DNA from: a virus
Reading direction: 5' to 3' (one strand)
Length of the DNA: 64,000 nt
IMG/VR virus record: IMGVR_UViG_3300021963_000063
Coordinates: 1 to 64,000 of that record
In this document: one piece after another, positions 27,945 through 36,328 of the stretch
Layout: every line of letters starts with the position of its first letter
Position numbering within the stretch: the first letter of the stretch is position 1
The notes under the pieces: model-generated
The model's input: only the letters and a program-made list of their open reading frames with translations
Databases searched by the model: none
Told to the model about the DNA's origin: nothing
Position numbers and translations under genes: made by a program

Positions 27945-28187
27945 CTAAATTAAATCCTCTGTTAGTCTTTCAAACTGTGGTAACACTTCTAAATCTTCAA
28001 ACAGTCCCATTTGATTGTGTGGCACAGAAAGATTATCTTCATCTTCATAGTCATCCCATACTGCTGTATACATATCTGCATATGGGTGTGCCATTCTTGC
28101 CATACGTCCAGAAAGATTCATAAGCCTATTTGCAATCCAACGGACTATTGGACCCTTATCAACTTCATGTTCTACTTTAAATTCCAT
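27945..28187 (-). CDS. hypothetical protein
   Basis: ORF in a run of small genes. Confidence 0.6.
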   Translation of the reverse strand: MEFKVEHEVDKGPIVRWIANRLMNLSGRMARMAHPYADMYTAVWDDYEDEDNLSVPHNQMGLFEDLEVLPQFERLTEDLI

Positions 28188-28188
28188 A

Positions 28189-28377
28189 TTAATCCTTTGG
28201 TAATGCTGTCATTGTAGCATAAAAACATTCTGCAAAGTTTGCAGCCTCTACCGCAAAATCTTCCATGTGCATTTCAGTTTCACCTAAACGATTTTTAGTA
28301 TAAGTTCTTAACCCTTTTACGAAAATTTCTGTAAGCTCATCTGTTGATTTAATAAAGTAACTTTTCTTATCAGCCAT
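28189..28377 (-). CDS. hypothetical protein
   Basis: ORF with an SD. Confidence 0.6.
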   Translation of the reverse strand: MADKKSYFIKSTDELTEIFVKGLRTYTKNRLGETEMHMEDFAVEAANFAECFYATMTALPKD

Positions 28378-28386
28378 TGTTTTCCC

Positions 28387-28716
28387 TTACAACAATCCGT
28401 TTAATTCTGCCATCCTGCGAATTGCTGGATAGTGCTGAAAAACATATTGAAGAACAGCTTTTGGACCAGACTCTACTACATCTTTTGTTTGTTGTTCAAA
28501 CGCAATACGTTCAATCTCTTCATGTGTAGCAAAACCCGAAGGCTTAAACTTGGCGGTAGAAAGATCTTTAGTAACCTTTTTAACCATCATATTAATAGTA
28601 TTAGCCCTGTGAGTATATGTCATTTCTTCTGGTCTAATTTGGACTCCGTTACTAGTCCAAAAAATTTCTTCTGTATCAAACATTAAGTTCTCTTTCTGAT
28701 TTGTCATTATATACAT
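28387..28716 (-). CDS. hypothetical protein
   Basis: ORF. Confidence 0.6.
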   Translation of the reverse strand: MYIMTNQKENLMFDTEEIFWTSNGVQIRPEEMTYTHRANTINMMVKKVTKDLSTAKFKPSGFATHEEIERIAFEQQTKDVVESGPKAVLQYVFQHYPAIRRMAELNGLL

Positions 28717-28722
28717 TAAACA

Positions 28723-28875
28723 TTACCATCCTCCAAGACAGTTATTTGAGTGTGTGTGGATCCAGAAGTTGCCTTCTAGATGTTTTCTAGTTGGTGCATA
28801 AAGATCTGTTCCACAAGCACCACAGGTGTGTGACCATTCTTCTGCAAAGAAATCGTATTGAAATCCTCTAGACAT
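28723..28875 (-). CDS. small zinc-finger-like protein
   Basis: Start re-assigned to ATG 28875 (AAGGA SD), because the track's TTG lies inside the tmRNA; CGAC...HTH..C. Confidence 0.65.
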   Translation of the reverse strand: MSRGFQYDFFAEEWSHTCGACGTDLYAPTRKHLEGNFWIHTHSNNCLGGW

Positions 28876-28887
28876 TTTAATCCTTTG

Positions 28888-29140
28888 TGGAGATGTGCGG
28901 ATTTGCACCGCAGTCCTATATGTTTTCAATTATACACTTACACAGCAATATTGTCTAGCCTTTTCTTACATTTTCTTTCATACACGACTTTCTGTTCCTA
29001 TCTAGTCGTCAGACGGCTTTAGTTTATGCAGCTAAAGCGAGGGCAGTTTGTGTTGTGCCGTTTATATTTATTTAGTTTTACAAGTAACTCTCTTGTGCTG
29101 GTGTATAAGTTTCCACATACAGTCGAAACTTTTCATCCCC
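28888..29140 (-). ncRNA. ssrA: tmRNA (compact, ~253 nt), tag (A)GTTQTALALAA*
   Basis: Acceptor GGGGAUG/CAUCUCC with G3.U70; 5' UUUCGAC; 3' GGAC plus T-arm; helix 2 (UGUAUGU/ACAUAUA, UUAUACAC/GUGUAUAA, CAGCA/UGCUG); PK1; tag ORF 29059-29024. Confidence 0.92.
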
Positions 29141-29145
29141 TTGTG

Positions 29146-29175
29146 TGAGTAGTTTAATGTCTGTACTCAGGACAT
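29146..29175 (-). other. H-type RNA pseudoknot, copy 2
   Basis: AUGUC C UGAGUA CA GACAU UAAAC UACUCA; covaries with copy 1. Confidence 0.75.
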
Positions 29176-29181
29176 CGTTTA

Positions 29182-29571
29182 TTAAGGAATCCACATCTTG
29201 AATTCACGAGTAGTAACTGTCATGTCTGACTTACCTGCGTGATAAACTTCAAGACCAACTGGCTGTCCCTTGTTTGCTTTGAAGAACCATGTTCCACTAT
29301 GAATATTATCTAGTCCTAAATCTAGCATTCTTTGACCTGTAAAGTCTGCCTCCTTAGTTCCAATATCTCTGGTAAAACGGATCTTCATGTTTGCTGCTCC
29401 ACCAAGCTCTGCTACATTAATGTAAAAAGCCCAGTTTGCAATTCCTGTAGTCTTTGGAACAATAGAATCTTCTGCTCCAAAGTCTAATTGTGTCCATGTC
29501 TTAGGACGTATTTTTTGTGGTGCTGGTTTAATTTTTGGATCGCCAGCTTTCCAAGATACATATTCGCTCAT
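29182..29571 (-). CDS. hypothetical protein, paralog of 30076-30582 (leaderless)
   Basis: TTGACT-N18-TATAAT-N6-ATG 29571; ends in REFKMWIP. Confidence 0.7.
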   Translation of the reverse strand: MSEYVSWKAGDPKIKPAPQKIRPKTWTQLDFGAEDSIVPKTTGIANWAFYINVAELGGAANMKIRFTRDIGTKEADFTGQRMLDLGLDNIHSGTWFFKANKGQPVGLEVYHAGKSDMTVTTREFKMWIP

Positions 29572-29630
29572 GACCCAATTATAACAAAAACCCTTAACAA
29601 AAGTCAAGGGTAAATGTTATTTTAGTTTGA

Positions 29631-30020
29631 TTAAGATGCAAGAATCTTAGCAGGATCAATATCCTTGCCAGCACTCCATCTAATGTTGTCTCTCATTTCA
29701 AAGTGTAAGTGAGGACCAGAGGAGTTGCCTGTATTACCAGATTCTCCAATGTGCTGTCCCTTTGTTACTTTGTCCCCAGCCTTAACTAGAGCCTTTGAAA
29801 GGTGTGCATAGATTACCCATCCACCTTCAACTTTTTGAACTAACTGTGTGCCGTAGCTGGCACCCCAGGATGCATTTTCAATCTTGCCATCTGCAACAGC
29901 AACAATATTTGTTCCTTCTTTGCAAGCATAATCTACTCCTGTATGGTAGCCCTTAGACCACATTTTACCAAGCTTCTTGTAAGGTGTTGTAACCTTACCG
30001 CCAACGATTGGTGAACCCAT
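29631..30020 (-). CDS. M23 family peptidoglycan peptidase (catalytic domain only)
   Basis: HTGVD, YAHL, GPHLHFE. Confidence 0.92.
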   Translation of the reverse strand: MGSPIVGGKVTTPYKKLGKMWSKGYHTGVDYACKEGTNIVAVADGKIENASWGASYGTQLVQKVEGGWVIYAHLSKALVKAGDKVTKGQHIGESGNTGNSSGPHLHFEMRDNIRWSAGKDIDPAKILAS

Positions 30021-30075
30021 TCGAATCACTCTTTTCATAATAAATTAGGGGTTTTATTCCCAACTACATTATATC

Positions 30076-30582
30076 CTAGAGTGTACCCTCTGGAATAAAG
30101 TCAGAAAAATCAGCAGGGTAATCTGCACCTGGAGTCCACATTTTAAACTGTCTCATATCTGAAACATATGTATTGCTACCACCAGTAATTCTAATTTGTA
30201 CAATAACTGGTGAGTTTGTTTCAATTGCCCAGCAACCAGAGTTTACCCATATCTTATTTGGTTTACCTGTAACTGGATAGGTATTTGTTGCTGTGCTATT
30301 TAGACCATTTGATCCTACTCTAGCTAATCTAATTTTAATAAACTTAGGCTTCTTTTTACCTTTTGTTTTTACTGCTGCTTGATAACAAAACAAGGACCTA
30401 TTTCCATTTCCTTTAATATGATCTTGTCCCTTAAATTTAAGAGTTACCCACCTATCTTTTTTAATAGTTTGGCTAAACTCAGCTTTCTTTCTAATAGATT
30501 CTTCTGCGTTTGCAGGAATTACTGTTGATACTGCTAAAGCTAAAGCAGTAATAACAGCAATAATTGCCTTATAAATATTCAT
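30076..30582 (-). CDS. secreted protein, paralog of 29182-29571
   Basis: Signal peptide (ANA); RQFKMWTP. Confidence 0.7.
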   Translation of the reverse strand: MNIYKAIIAVITALALAVSTVIPANAEESIRKKAEFSQTIKKDRWVTLKFKGQDHIKGNGNRSLFCYQAAVKTKGKKKPKFIKIRLARVGSNGLNSTATNTYPVTGKPNKIWVNSGCWAIETNSPVIVQIRITGGSNTYVSDMRQFKMWTPGADYPADFSDFIPEGTL

Positions 30583-30666
30583 TTTTATCTCCCCTTAAAA
30601 TGCTATATATCTATCCTAGCATAGTAAGAGTTAAAAGACTGATTATTTAGTTATACATTTTATACG

Positions 30667-30739
30667 TCCCCAATAAGAGATTCGAACTCCTGACCTGTAG
30701 GGTAGAAACCTATTGCTCTATCCACTGAGCTAATTGGGG
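30667..30739 (-). tRNA. tRNA-Arg(UCU)
   Basis: Cloverleaf, anticodon TCT. Confidence 0.92.
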
Positions 30740-30743
30740 TTTG

Positions 30744-30816
30744 CTCCCCAACCTAGACTTGAACTAGGAACATGCAAATTAACAGTTTGCCGCTCTGCCG
30801 ATTGAGCTATTGGGGA
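30744..30816 (-). tRNA. tRNA-Asn(GUU)
   Basis: Cloverleaf, GCAAA-CTGTTAA-TTTGC. Confidence 0.92.
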
Positions 30817-30835
30817 ATGATATTTAGTTATATCG

Positions 30836-30916
30836 TGGTAGAGAATGGAATCGAACCATCACAGCGAAAGCGATTGATTTACAGTCAATGGGGCTCACCA
30901 CCTGCCCAACTCTACC
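30836..30916 (-). tRNA. tRNA-Tyr(GUA)
   Basis: Cloverleaf with a long variable arm, ATTGA-CTGTAAA-TCAAT. Confidence 0.9.
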
Positions 30917-30921
30917 TTTGT

Positions 30922-31131
30922 TTAAACAGAAGACGCTGAGTGATCGTTAATAAAATCTCTTTTATCAACAATTTCAAAAGCAAACTTAACTAATGCTTTT
31001 TCATTTTTTGTAAAGTGATGACCGCAGAAATAAAGTTCTCCAGTAACGCCTCTAACTAGAACAAAGGCTTGTGCTGCACATCTATCACAACGGTCTGCAA
31101 TTTGCAGTTGTCGTTCTTTTGTTTCTGTCAT
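30922..31131 (-). CDS. small actinobacterial zinc-binding protein
   Basis: DRCDRCxAxA...LYFCGHH motif typical of Actinobacteria. Confidence 0.75.
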   Translation of the reverse strand: MTETKERQLQIADRCDRCAAQAFVLVRGVTGELYFCGHHFTKNEKALVKFAFEIVDKRDFINDHSASSV

Positions 31132-31201
31132 ACCAATCTCTTTTCTATTAGATTATAGAATACACTAAAAAATAATAAATGTCAATACAAACTATATGTC
31201 T

Positions 31202-31921
31202 TTATTTATTTATGCCGAATGCAGATCCAGCCCAAAGGCTTTTATTCATATCTGACTTGTTTTCTCTTCTATTTTTAATGCTGTTCCACTTAGCAGTTGA
31301 CCAAGTATATCCAGCGTCACCGCCCCAAAGATCCCAGGCAACTCTTCCTGGACTTGGGAAACCTTCTTCACCAGAACTAAATCCAGTGGCTTTCTTGTCT
31401 ACTTCGTGACGTGAGAAGAAAGAATACATACGAGCAACAGTAGACTCAGACAATTCTGTTCCATTAACAATTTGATTTGCTCTGGCTAAACCAACTCTTG
31501 TTCCACCACGCTTACCTTCTTTTTTCCACTCTAACGCTCTTCTAGCTGCTGACCTCATGCCATCTGTTGGTGTTAAATTAATATCTGCCTTAGACATATC
31601 ATCCATATCATTTGGATTATTATCTTCATCATCCATTTGACCAGATACATCTACATAGCCATCTGGAATAACTGCAAACCTACACTTGCCTTCTGGCTCA
31701 ACTTCAAATGCAATAATCTCACAAACATTTCCACCAGCATACAAGGCACAGTTGGAGCACTTAACACCAATTGCTTTTTCTTCATTAGATTCTGCAGGTT
31801 CGTAACCTGCCCAAATACCTGAACCATCTTCGTTGAATTTACCATATTGCTGTGCAATTTCAGCGAGGGCATCATGTAAAGCCTTTTCGTCAGGGGTAAG
31901 CAAGTTTTCTAAGTTATCCAT
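31202..31921 (-). CDS. two-domain protein: HiPIP-like 4-Cys domain + phage WDLWGGD domain (leaderless)
   Basis: C-x2-C-x8-C-x12-C; RMYSFFSRHE...PSPGRVAWDLWGGDAG; TATAAT-N6-ATG. Confidence 0.65.
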   Translation of the reverse strand: MDNLENLLTPDEKALHDALAEIAQQYGKFNEDGSGIWAGYEPAESNEEKAIGVKCSNCALYAGGNVCEIIAFEVEPEGKCRFAVIPDGYVDVSGQMDDEDNNPNDMDDMSKADINLTPTDGMRSAARRALEWKKEGKRGGTRVGLARANQIVNGTELSESTVARMYSFFSRHEVDKKATGFSSGEEGFPSPGRVAWDLWGGDAGYTWSTAKWNSIKNRRENKSDMNKSLWAGSAFGINK

Positions 31922-31928
31922 AGTAATA

Positions 31929-32291
31929 TTATATACTATTTTCGTCAATCATAGCATTGACTTCAGCCATTAAAAGCCATTCTTCTTTAGTTAAATCATT
32001 TTCGTAATCTGCAAATTTTCTTGTTTTTTCATTCTCTTGTATGGTCCATGTACCGTTAGGATTCATTACAACCTCAAGCAATCCCTTTTGCCAGACATCA
32101 AAAACTAGGGCATTAGTAATAGCTAAATGTTCTTCAAAAACTTCAGGAAAATGCTCACCCATTTTTTTGGTCATCTTATAGACAAACTCCCCATCTGGAT
32201 CTATTCCAGAAATTTCAACATATCCGTTTTCAATCATGAAGGCAAACATTTCTTCTTCATCATATTCTTCTTCATCAAAATTATCAAACAT
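31929..32291 (-). CDS. acidic hypothetical protein
   Basis: ORF with a GGAGG SD. Confidence 0.7.
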   Translation of the reverse strand: MFDNFDEEEYDEEEMFAFMIENGYVEISGIDPDGEFVYKMTKKMGEHFPEVFEEHLAITNALVFDVWQKGLLEVVMNPNGTWTIQENEKTRKFADYENDLTKEEWLLMAEVNAMIDENSI

Positions 32292-32317
32292 TATACCTCC
32301 ATAATACTAGTATACAA

Positions 32318-34099
32318 CTAAATAAAACCAATTCCACTTAAGAAATCTGATATGTCATTTGGCATATCCTTAACACTTTTTTTAGGATCCTGATAAAAAG
32401 TATCCACTTTTTCTTTGTGGCTTGTATCTCTTGAGTCTCTAAAAGTATGTACTTCAATTTCTCTTGTTCCACGAGAAGTGTTTAAGATTGAATTATAAAT
32501 AGCACCGCAGACAGCATCTGCTAAATCTTTAGATCCTTTTCTTGGGTGATCTACTTTATCACGAATAATTCTTAATTGCAATAGCTCATCTACTAGCAAA
32601 TCAATTCTAGGTCCATAGATTCTTTCTTCTGCAACCAGCATCTGCATATCTTCGTAATGCTTTTTGGCTACAGACAAAGTTTCAGAATTCATTCCAAGAG
32701 ATTTGAGTTCATTCATAATATCAAATGAGTTCCATCTATCGAATGTAACCTTCTTAATTCTAAACCCTCTTGATCTAAGTTCAAGAATATAATTCTTTAC
32801 ATCCTTAAACTCAACAGTCTTATCTGCTGTTGGAGTCCACCACCTAACTGCATCAACAACAACAAATGGATTAATTACTTCATGATCATTAAAAGTATTA
32901 ATTGTTACCCACTTATCAACGTGTGCAAGGGCTACCGCACAGTGGTCATGCTTTTGTGCAAGGTCAACGTGAATATAATATTCTTTATCTTCTTGTGGCT
33001 TAAATGATTCAAAGAATCTTCCAGAGGCATCTACACCATTTGTACCACTAAAACAAGTTTCAATCTTTTCTCTTGAACGGAAGAAAGCATCAACAGCGTC
33101 TGGTGGCATACAGGCAAAACGAGAAAGAGCATCAATTGGATTTGTGTAAAATGCAATTTTAAAATCATCAATACTTCTTGTAGGATTGATTTCCCAAGTT
33201 GGTCTGCGTAATGCAAAAACTTTAGGAAACTTGTATGCATTGATATGATCTTCTTCCCATTCAACTGTAAATTCATTTGACGTTACGTTGTCTTCTACTG
33301 TTTCGTCAAGCTTAAATGTGTAGTCTTTAATCTTTACATCTTTGTCTGCAATTACAGCATCATATCTAGTTTGAATATAATCATTTTTATAACGAGGGAA
33401 GGAAAGCAATACTACTTTTCCAAAGTCAGGGAAACGAGAATCTACGGATGCACGATACATCTCATAGATTGCAGAAGCTGTTTTTGCTTGATCATGTCCA
33501 GATGTTGATTCTGTTGCAAAGCCTGAGATCTCATCAAGAATTACACATAGTACGTTGTATCCTTCCCATGATTCTCTTTCAGAGTGACCTGAGTGACAAG
33601 TAATACCTTTGTCAAAAGTTACAGAACCTGCAGTAGGAGTATACCTACCCTGGAACCAAGGTGACTTATCCAATCTTGTTTTAAAACCTTTAAAGAAAAC
33701 ATTCTTAGCCTGTTCAGAGTTAATAGCAATATTAAGAATATCAATAGAGTCACCTGGAGGCTTTCCATAATACTTTGCAGGGTCTTTTAGACACAACAAT
33801 AAATAAACCATATAGCTTACAGAAATGGTTGACATATAATCTTTTCCTGAACCCTTGCCAAGTTGTAAGATTACTTCGTTGCAGGTTTGATTCCACCTGT
33901 CTAATCCAGTTCTTTCTCCATAAAGATTTATCAAAGTTTCTTTTTTATAAATTTGACTCATTGCTTTAATAGCATCGTACTGATATTTTGATAGTGGAGG
34001 AAGACCTAGATAATCTTCTGATGTAACAAACTCTTCAAGTTCAACTGGATTTTCTTCAAACTCATCACCGCCAAGAAGACCAATAATATCTTCAAACAT
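32318..34099 (-). CDS. terL: terminase large subunit
   Basis: Walker A GKGSGKD, Walker B ILDE, nuclease motifs HVD..., KVDH, DLADA. Confidence 0.9.
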   Translation of the reverse strand: MFEDIIGLLGGDEFEENPVELEEFVTSEDYLGLPPLSKYQYDAIKAMSQIYKKETLINLYGERTGLDRWNQTCNEVILQLGKGSGKDYMSTISVSYMVYLLLCLKDPAKYYGKPPGDSIDILNIAINSEQAKNVFFKGFKTRLDKSPWFQGRYTPTAGSVTFDKGITCHSGHSERESWEGYNVLCVILDEISGFATESTSGHDQAKTASAIYEMYRASVDSRFPDFGKVVLLSFPRYKNDYIQTRYDAVIADKDVKIKDYTFKLDETVEDNVTSNEFTVEWEEDHINAYKFPKVFALRRPTWEINPTRSIDDFKIAFYTNPIDALSRFACMPPDAVDAFFRSREKIETCFSGTNGVDASGRFFESFKPQEDKEYYIHVDLAQKHDHCAVALAHVDKWVTINTFNDHEVINPFVVVDAVRWWTPTADKTVEFKDVKNYILELRSRGFRIKKVTFDRWNSFDIMNELKSLGMNSETLSVAKKHYEDMQMLVAEERIYGPRIDLLVDELLQLRIIRDKVDHPRKGSKDLADAVCGAIYNSILNTSRGTREIEVHTFRDSRDTSHKEKVDTFYQDPKKSVKDMPNDISDFLSGIGFI

Positions 34100-34614
34100 T
34101 AGATCTCCTCTGCTTGACCTGTTACTTTGCTAAGCTTTCCAAATACAATTGGCTTACATCTTTCACAACCAGAAACTACATCACGAATAATCTCAACAAG
34201 CATCTGTTGCTTTTCTTCTGTCTCAACAATCTTTTCAGCCATCTCATTGTTATCAAGCATACCTGCTTTTTGAAGCATATCTATTTGTTTTTGTTGAACA
34301 TCTGCAACAAGTTTTAGTGCTGCAGTTTGTTGCGGAAGCTGTCCTTGTCTTTTAGCTTCTTCAATAACTTCCCACGCCTCTTTAATAAGCATCGAGTAAT
34401 GTTGGTCTGCACCTGCTAGTGCCTCACGAGCACGAACCTGAACTTGCCTATCGCTACGAATAACCATACGCCATTCGTCAAGGTATTCAATAACTTCAGC
34501 CCTCTTAAAGCCTGTTGCTTTAGAAATAGTTGTAGGGTTTGTATTACCCCTTAAAAACTCTTCCGCAACCTTATTAATGTTTTCCCAGCGATTTGCTAGT
34601 TCAATTTCAGACAT
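34099..34614 (-). CDS. probable terminase small subunit (N-terminal HTH)
   Basis: Coupled directly upstream of TerL; HTH-like N-terminus; helical. Confidence 0.55.
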   Translation of the reverse strand: MSEIELANRWENINKVAEEFLRGNTNPTTISKATGFKRAEVIEYLDEWRMVIRSDRQVQVRAREALAGADQHYSMLIKEAWEVIEEAKRQGQLPQQTAALKLVADVQQKQIDMLQKAGMLDNNEMAEKIVETEEKQQMLVEIIRDVVSGCERCKPIVFGKLSKVTGQAEEI

Positions 34615-34876
34615 TCTTCTTTACTCTTTTCTTCTTAGGTTTAATTATACCCTTAAAGTCGTGCAAATAAAAGGATCTATAGCCAGTTTGACCAATTACG
34701 TCAATCCATTCCTTGCCTGATTCAATGTTTTTTACATGCTTTTCAAACTTAAATTGTCCACGAACACTCTTTATTTTAACTAATGTTCCTGGAGTAATAA
34801 GTTCTTTGCCGTATTGATATTCAAATGATACCTCCCAGTTAGGGTTGTAGTTCATCTGAACTCTTTTCTTTGCCAT
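34607..34876 (-). CDS. hypothetical protein
   Basis: Start re-assigned to MAKKRV. Confidence 0.65.
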   Translation of the reverse strand: MAKKRVQMNYNPNWEVSFEYQYGKELITPGTLVKIKSVRGQFKFEKHVKNIESGKEWIDVIGQTGYRSFYLHDFKGIIKPKKKRVKKNV

Positions 34877-34877
34877 T

Positions 34878-35051
34878 TTAACGGAATCCACCAGCAGTTG
34901 GAGCCCAAACAGATACGTTACCCAGAGTCCAACTACGCTTTAAGATATCTCCACATTCATTACAAACTTGATGGTCTCTATCATCTACATTAACTCCAGA
35001 CATTTCAATTGACTTATCACACTTAATGCAGGTATATTCATAAGTAGGAAT
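34878..35051 (-). CDS. FmdB-family zinc-ribbon protein with an ATT start codon
   Basis: (I)PTYEYTCIKC...CNECG; in-frame stop at 35073-35075 with no ATG/GTG/TTG in between. Confidence 0.75.
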   Translation of the reverse strand: MPTYEYTCIKCDKSIEMSGVNVDDRDHQVCNECGDILKRSWTLGNVSVWAPTAGGFR

Positions 35052-35052
35052 T

Positions 35053-35298
35053 TTATTTACCTTCCAATCTATTTATTTCATCATTAATGTAAAATATTGC
35101 TTTTTGCAAATCTTCAATTTGTCTTTTATCATCTTTAATTCCAGCTCTCCAAAGATACTTGAAGGCATTACCAATGTTAAAATTTCTGTGACGAGTAATC
35201 TGAATGCATTCAACACCAGAGGGGTCTGATGTGTAGTGCATTGGGTGGTTTACCTGATCAACTTCAATGTGAAACTTATCATTCTTATATTCGTGCAT
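35053..35298 (-). CDS. DUF3310 (SaV/gp1.7-like) protein
   Basis: VNHPMHY...GVECI...FNIGNAFKYLWRAGIK...EDLQKA. Confidence 0.85.
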   Translation of the reverse strand: MHEYKNDKFHIEVDQVNHPMHYTSDPSGVECIQITRHRNFNIGNAFKYLWRAGIKDDKRQIEDLQKAIFYINDEINRLEGK

Positions 35299-36328
35299 TT
35301 AAATCTCCATATATTTCTTTAATTCTAGGTACAGCGTGTCTAGCCGTAACATCTTCCCAGTTCCATTCTTTATGAATATCAATTGACTTATTAAAAGAAT
35401 CCTGGAATTCTTGTTCTCTATTATTATATACCTCTCGCATATTATATCTTACTGAATCAATTTTTGGAAGGTATATTTGTCCTAAATAGGTATCTTGTAG
35501 GTAATCTGGAAGACCATCTGGCACATCTACTAAATCACTTTCAATCTTATGAGATATAAAATCTTTATATTCTGCCCATTCCCAAGTTGTAATTGTTGGA
35601 AGTCCCGTTGCCATTGCTTCAAGTGGCATCATACCAAAACCCTCCCCCCAAGAAGGGTATACTAAGCAGTGAGTATTATGTAGCATCTTTAAGTAATCAT
35701 TAAAACCTAAAGACTGTTTTATTGTTTTAACATTCTTGTATGCAACTTCTGGTGCAACCTTTTTACCTGTACCATCATCAACTAGGATTGTATGACCACG
35801 ATCATATGCTTTAATAATCATAATTACATCTTCGTTATCTGCAAACTCTTCTAGGAAAGCTTCAACTGCTACCTGACCACCTTTACGAACATATGGCTCT
35901 CCAGTATGCAGGAAGAAAAACTTATCTTCTCTTAACTTTCTTTTTGCAGGAACAAACTTTCCAGATACTCCGTGTGGGTAAACATTGATTGGCTTATCAA
36001 CTTTCTTTCTAAAAACATCTGCTGTCCATGTTGATGCAGCCCATACCTCATCTGCTTTGTTTAAGCACTCTGCCCAGTAGTCAGATATCTCTGTTGTCTC
36101 ATGAGAGGAATAAGAAATATTATATGCTCCTGAAAACATAATGTGTTGATGTGGGGTAGCAAATGAAAGATTAACTTTAGAGTTTAGATCAAAGTTAGAT
36201 AAATGAAAACCATTATCAACAAAGCCCTGAGCCATATTTGCAGCAGCAGTTGGGTATCCCATATCCTGCTTACTAAAACCTTTATGAAGATTAACTCCCG
36301 TAAGATTTAACTTTATCTTTTCTTCCAT
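35285..36328 (-). CDS. GT4 (GT-B) glycosyltransferase
   Basis: RKG, PSWGEGFGMMPLEAMATGLP. Confidence 0.88.
   Translation of the reverse strand: MEEKIKLNLTGVNLHKGFSKQDMGYPTAAANMAQGFVDNGFHLSNFDLNSKVNLSFATPHQHIMFSGAYNISYSSHETTEISDYWAECLNKADEVWAASTWTADVFRKKVDKPINVYPHGVSGKFVPAKRKLREDKFFFLHTGEPYVRKGGQVAVEAFLEEFADNEDVIMIIKAYDRGHTILVDDGTGKKVAPEVAYKNVKTIKQSLGFNDYLKMLHNTHCLVYPSWGEGFGMMPLEAMATGLPTITTWEWAEYKDFISHKIESDLVDVPDGLPDYLQDTYLGQIYLPKIDSVRYNMREVYNNREQEFQDSFNKSIDIHKEWNWEDVTARHAVPRIKEIYGDLNARI

Noticed and set aside
28876-28929. TTG-start N-terminal extension of the 28723 ORF
   Set aside because: It overlaps the tmRNA 3' domain; ATG 28875 has its own SD.
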